NCBI GenBank assembly: GCA_000004985.1
Contig: GG739448.1
Source of the DNA: Naegleria gruberi
Lineage: Eukaryota
Direction: 5' to 3' (one strand)
Length of the DNA: 1,315 nucleotides
Shown here piece after piece: positions 1 through 1,315 of this stretch. The notes under the pieces are model-generated. The model saw only the letters and a program-made list of their open reading frames with translations, did no database searches and was not told the origin of the DNA. The number at the start of each line of letters is the position of its first letter. The stretch's first letter is position 1. The position numbers and the translations under genes are program-made.

Positions 1-100
1 TCCTATTCACATTCTGCAATAGCTGAGATCTAGATGTGTAATATTACTTAAATTTCCACTAGTGAATAAATTTGAAAAATTGGTCAATCTATGATTTCGA

Positions 101-198
101 AGTCCCAAATATTCCAAATTACTCATATCTTTCAACAATAATTTCAGTTCAGATTTAGTACCTTGAGTTATTTGCTGGGGAAGTCATCAAAATTACAC
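101..198 (+). pseudogene. Speculative degenerate relic of the 3' end of an LRR-family paralogue on the plus strand. Only the 29-bp core is clearly homologous. Scattered short matches (gaag.ccaaat, actcat, agatttag) upstream may be decayed homology or may be chance.
   Basis: The 29-mer lies in sense orientation on the plus strand. The short upstream k-mers also occur in the 40 codons preceding the 29-mer in the real gene, but only if large indels are allowed. No reading frame is preserved: the frame carrying GKSSKLH has a stop 3 codons upstream and diverges immediately downstream. Confidence 0.15.
170..198 (+). repeat. Left arm of a 29-bp near-perfect inverted repeat, atttgcTggggaagtcatcaaaattacac. 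It equals the reverse complement of 977-1005 with one mismatch at position 176.
   Basis: I compared the two arms base by base. The plus strand at 170-198 matches the sense strand of the minus-strand LRR gene at 28 of 29 positions, in the segment encoding DLQGKSSKLH. The flanks on both sides show no convincing extension of the match. Confidence 0.85.
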
Positions 199-801
199 AC
201 CCCATGTTTTTACCACCCTCTACCCTCAATGTTATTTCCCCGTTCAATTCCTGTTGCAGGAATGAATTTTCATTGTAAAATCTCCCACCACCAAAAACCG
301 TTACATCAATAAATATTTTGATGAGAAAAAATTCATCAAAGCACTCCAACATTCACCATCTTTTATTATTTGTCTGCACTCATGTAATAGTACTCCATCC
401 TTCAGGTGGATTTCTTCTCATCATTCTGTTTCTTCTTCGCCAGTTTTCAAGCCAAGTCGACATTTCCTACCAAATTCCCTTTCAACAAGTACCAAAAGGT
501 TAAAGTTGAGGGTAGGTTCTCCACCTACAATTACATCCAATGGTGATGTGTTTGGTGGTTTGCCTAAGTGCTGGTAGAGAAAACATACTCGGGTGGTAAA
601 TCTTCCATGCAGCCAACTGTTGTTCACCTCCAACAAGATGTTCTTGAAATTACTACTTTTTCTTGCTTTCAACAATCTCACAACCACCAAGATGCTGTTT
701 TGGGAGCAACAATCATAATTTCGGTCATTTCATCGAAAAATCTACCTGAACAAACAATCAATTTCCTGAACGTTTTCACATTTCATGCTATTTCCAAATA
801 A

Positions 802-904
802 TAAACATGACTTTGAATTAGTAGTATTATTAATTATTTAATTAATTTAAGAATTATTTTAATTTTATAATTATATTATTTATTAATATTAATTATTTCC
901 TTTT
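802..904. terminator. Extremely AT-rich (>90% A+T) 3'-flank / transcription-termination region just downstream of the minus-strand LRR CDS. It carries poly(A)-type signals on both strands: AATAAA on the plus strand at 800-805, and AATAAA on the minus strand as plus-strand TTTATT at 879-884, about 21 nt 3' of the 905-907 stop.
   Basis: Positions 811-900 contain fewer than 10 G/C bases. The region holds TATATA/TAYRTA-like elements (ttataattatattatt, 866-880) and AAWAAA-type elements typical of yeast 3'-end formation signals. It sits between the stop of the minus-strand gene and the end of the plus-strand ORF 568..801. Confidence 0.4.
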
Positions 905-1315
905 TTAATTTTTCTCAACCACCCTCATGTCCGACGTATTAAAAGATACCCAATTTTCAAAACACCCCTCCTCCAAGTGTAATTTTGATGACTTCCCCTG
1001 CAAATCTAAATGAGTGAGTTGACTAAAATGCTTTGAATTTGACATGGCTTCAAACAATTCATCTGAATAACTTTCTTGAACAATGTTGAATTTTTTAACA
1101 TTAGACATGAAGGTACTATTGAACAACTCTTTTGCTTCATTTTCTGTAAAATTTTGCACATCATGCAAGCTCAATTCTGTCAAATTCTTCATTGAGCATT
1201 TCGTTAAATATGTCACACGTTGACCTGCAATGTTATTAAATCTCAAATCCAATTTTGTCAAATTATCCAAATTCTTACAAGTTGAAAGAGTTTTAAAAGC
1301 ATCAAGTTGAGCTTT
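905..1315 (-). CDS. Partial CDS (5' end outside the window) for the C-terminal part of a leucine-rich-repeat (LRR) protein, ending at a TAA stop at 905-907. The visible translation is KAQLDAFKTLSTCKNLDNLTKLDLRFNNIAGQRVTYLTKCSMKNLTELSLHDVQNFTENEAKELFNSTFMSNVKKFNIVQESYSDELFEAMSNSKHFSQLTHLDLQGKSSKLHLEEGCFENWVSFNTSDMRVVEKN*
   Basis: This is the longest stop-free frame in the window. I translated the 45 nt above the listed ORF (1271-1315) by hand and the frame stays open to the window edge, giving K-A-Q-L-D-A-F-K-T-L-S-T-C-K-N. The 'M' at 1270 in the ORF track is a TTG codon, not ATG. LRR-like motifs are present: LTKLDLRFNNI, LTELSLHDVQNF, LTHLDLQGKSSKLHLEEGCF. There are five N-x-S/T sequons (NLT, NLT, NFT, NST, NTS). 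Codon usage is yeast-like (TTG-Leu dominant, AGA-Arg, no in-frame CTG). The stop is followed by an AT-rich 3' region with AATAAA on this strand. Confidence 0.6.
   Translation of the reverse strand, partial: KAQLDAFKTLSTCKNLDNLTKLDLRFNNIAGQRVTYLTKCSMKNLTELSLHDVQNFTENEAKELFNSTFMSNVKKFNIVQESYSDELFEAMSNSKHFSQLTHLDLQGKSSKLHLEEGCFENWVSFNTSDMRVVEKN
977..1005 (-). repeat. Right arm of the 29-bp inverted repeat. It lies inside the LRR CDS, where the plus strand reads gtgtaattttgatgacttcccctgcaaat and the sense strand reads ATTTGCAGGGGAAGTCATCAAAATTACAC.
   Basis: Same comparison as for 170-198. A 28/29 match cannot arise by chance in 1.3 kb; the expected number of such matches is far below 1e-9. Confidence 0.85.

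Noticed and set aside
199-236. C-rich stretch (accccatgtttttaccaccctctaccctcaatg) that loosely resembles the C-rich plus-strand segment at 918-976 next to the right repeat arm; shared 9-mer accaccctc at 212-220 and 919-927
   Set aside because: Several 9-mer matches are expected by chance in 1.3 kb on two strands. The orientation is inconsistent with the inverted 29-mer, since this match is direct and not inverted. Identity drops to about 60% with gaps. It is probably a low-complexity coincidence.
318-324. TGATGAG, a C-box-like motif (RUGAUGA) that could belong to a C/D snoRNA
   Set aside because: There is no CTGA D box at the appropriate distance (60-100 nt downstream) and there are no terminal complementary stems, so a snoRNA architecture is not supported.
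155-352. Minus-strand ORF 155..352 (65 aa) and plus-strand ORF 318..503 (61 aa) from the six-frame track
   Set aside because: Both are short and overlap each other, and their translations are low-complexity with no motifs. 155..352 overlaps the 29-bp repeat arm in antisense, so its GGKNMGC stretch is just the reverse complement of the LRR fragment. Neither is supported as coding.
512-528. Perfect 5-bp stem / 7-nt loop hairpin, gtagg-ttctcca-cctac, resembling a tRNA T-arm
   Set aside because: The loop TTCTCCA lacks the conserved TTCRANY residues (no R57/A58). There is no acceptor stem, D-arm or anticodon arm in the flanks. The nearby GGTAGAG (573-579) is in the wrong place to be a D-loop. It is a chance hairpin, not a tRNA.
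421-690. Minus-strand ORF 421..690 (89 aa)
   Set aside because: It starts at TTG and has no in-frame ATG anywhere in the open frame, which is bounded by a stop at 730-732. It contains CTG codons and overlaps the 568..801 frame on the other strand. It is most likely a random open frame.
811-900. Apparent tandem repeats (ttaattatttaattaattt...) in the AT-rich spacer; possible microsatellite or ARS-like element
   Set aside because: This is low-complexity A/T sequence without a clear unit periodicity. There is no match to the WTTTAYRTTTW ARS consensus. It is better explained as a generic AT-rich 3' UTR or terminator.

Overview
The window is AT-rich (about one-third GC) and looks eukaryotic, most likely budding-yeast-like. 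Coding sequence prefers TTG for Leu, and a roughly 100-bp intergenic spacer is more than 90% A+T and carries AATAAA/TATATA-type 3'-end signals. The one well-supported gene is on the minus strand. Its reading frame is open from the window edge at 1315 down to a TAA stop at 905-907, so only the C-terminal ~136 aa are visible. It encodes a leucine-rich-repeat (LRR) protein with LxxLxLxxN-type repeats and many N-x-S/T sequons, which suggests a secreted or cell-surface LRR family member. The ORF track's 'start' at 1270 is a TTG artefact; the true start lies beyond the window. Positions 802-904 form an extremely AT-rich 3'/terminator region with AATAAA signals on both strands. Positions 1-801 contain only short overlapping ORFs that all begin with TTG or GTG rather than ATG, and I do not call any of them as genes. 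The most unusual observation is a 29-bp near-identical inverted repeat (28/29 matching). It lies at 170-198 and 977-1005, and the second copy is inside the LRR coding sequence, encoding ...DLQGKSSKLH. This suggests a small relic of an LRR-family paralogue, a gene-conversion patch or a short repeat in the apparently non-coding left part. I see no prokaryotic defence system, CRISPR array, tRNA, rRNA or recognisable mobile element.
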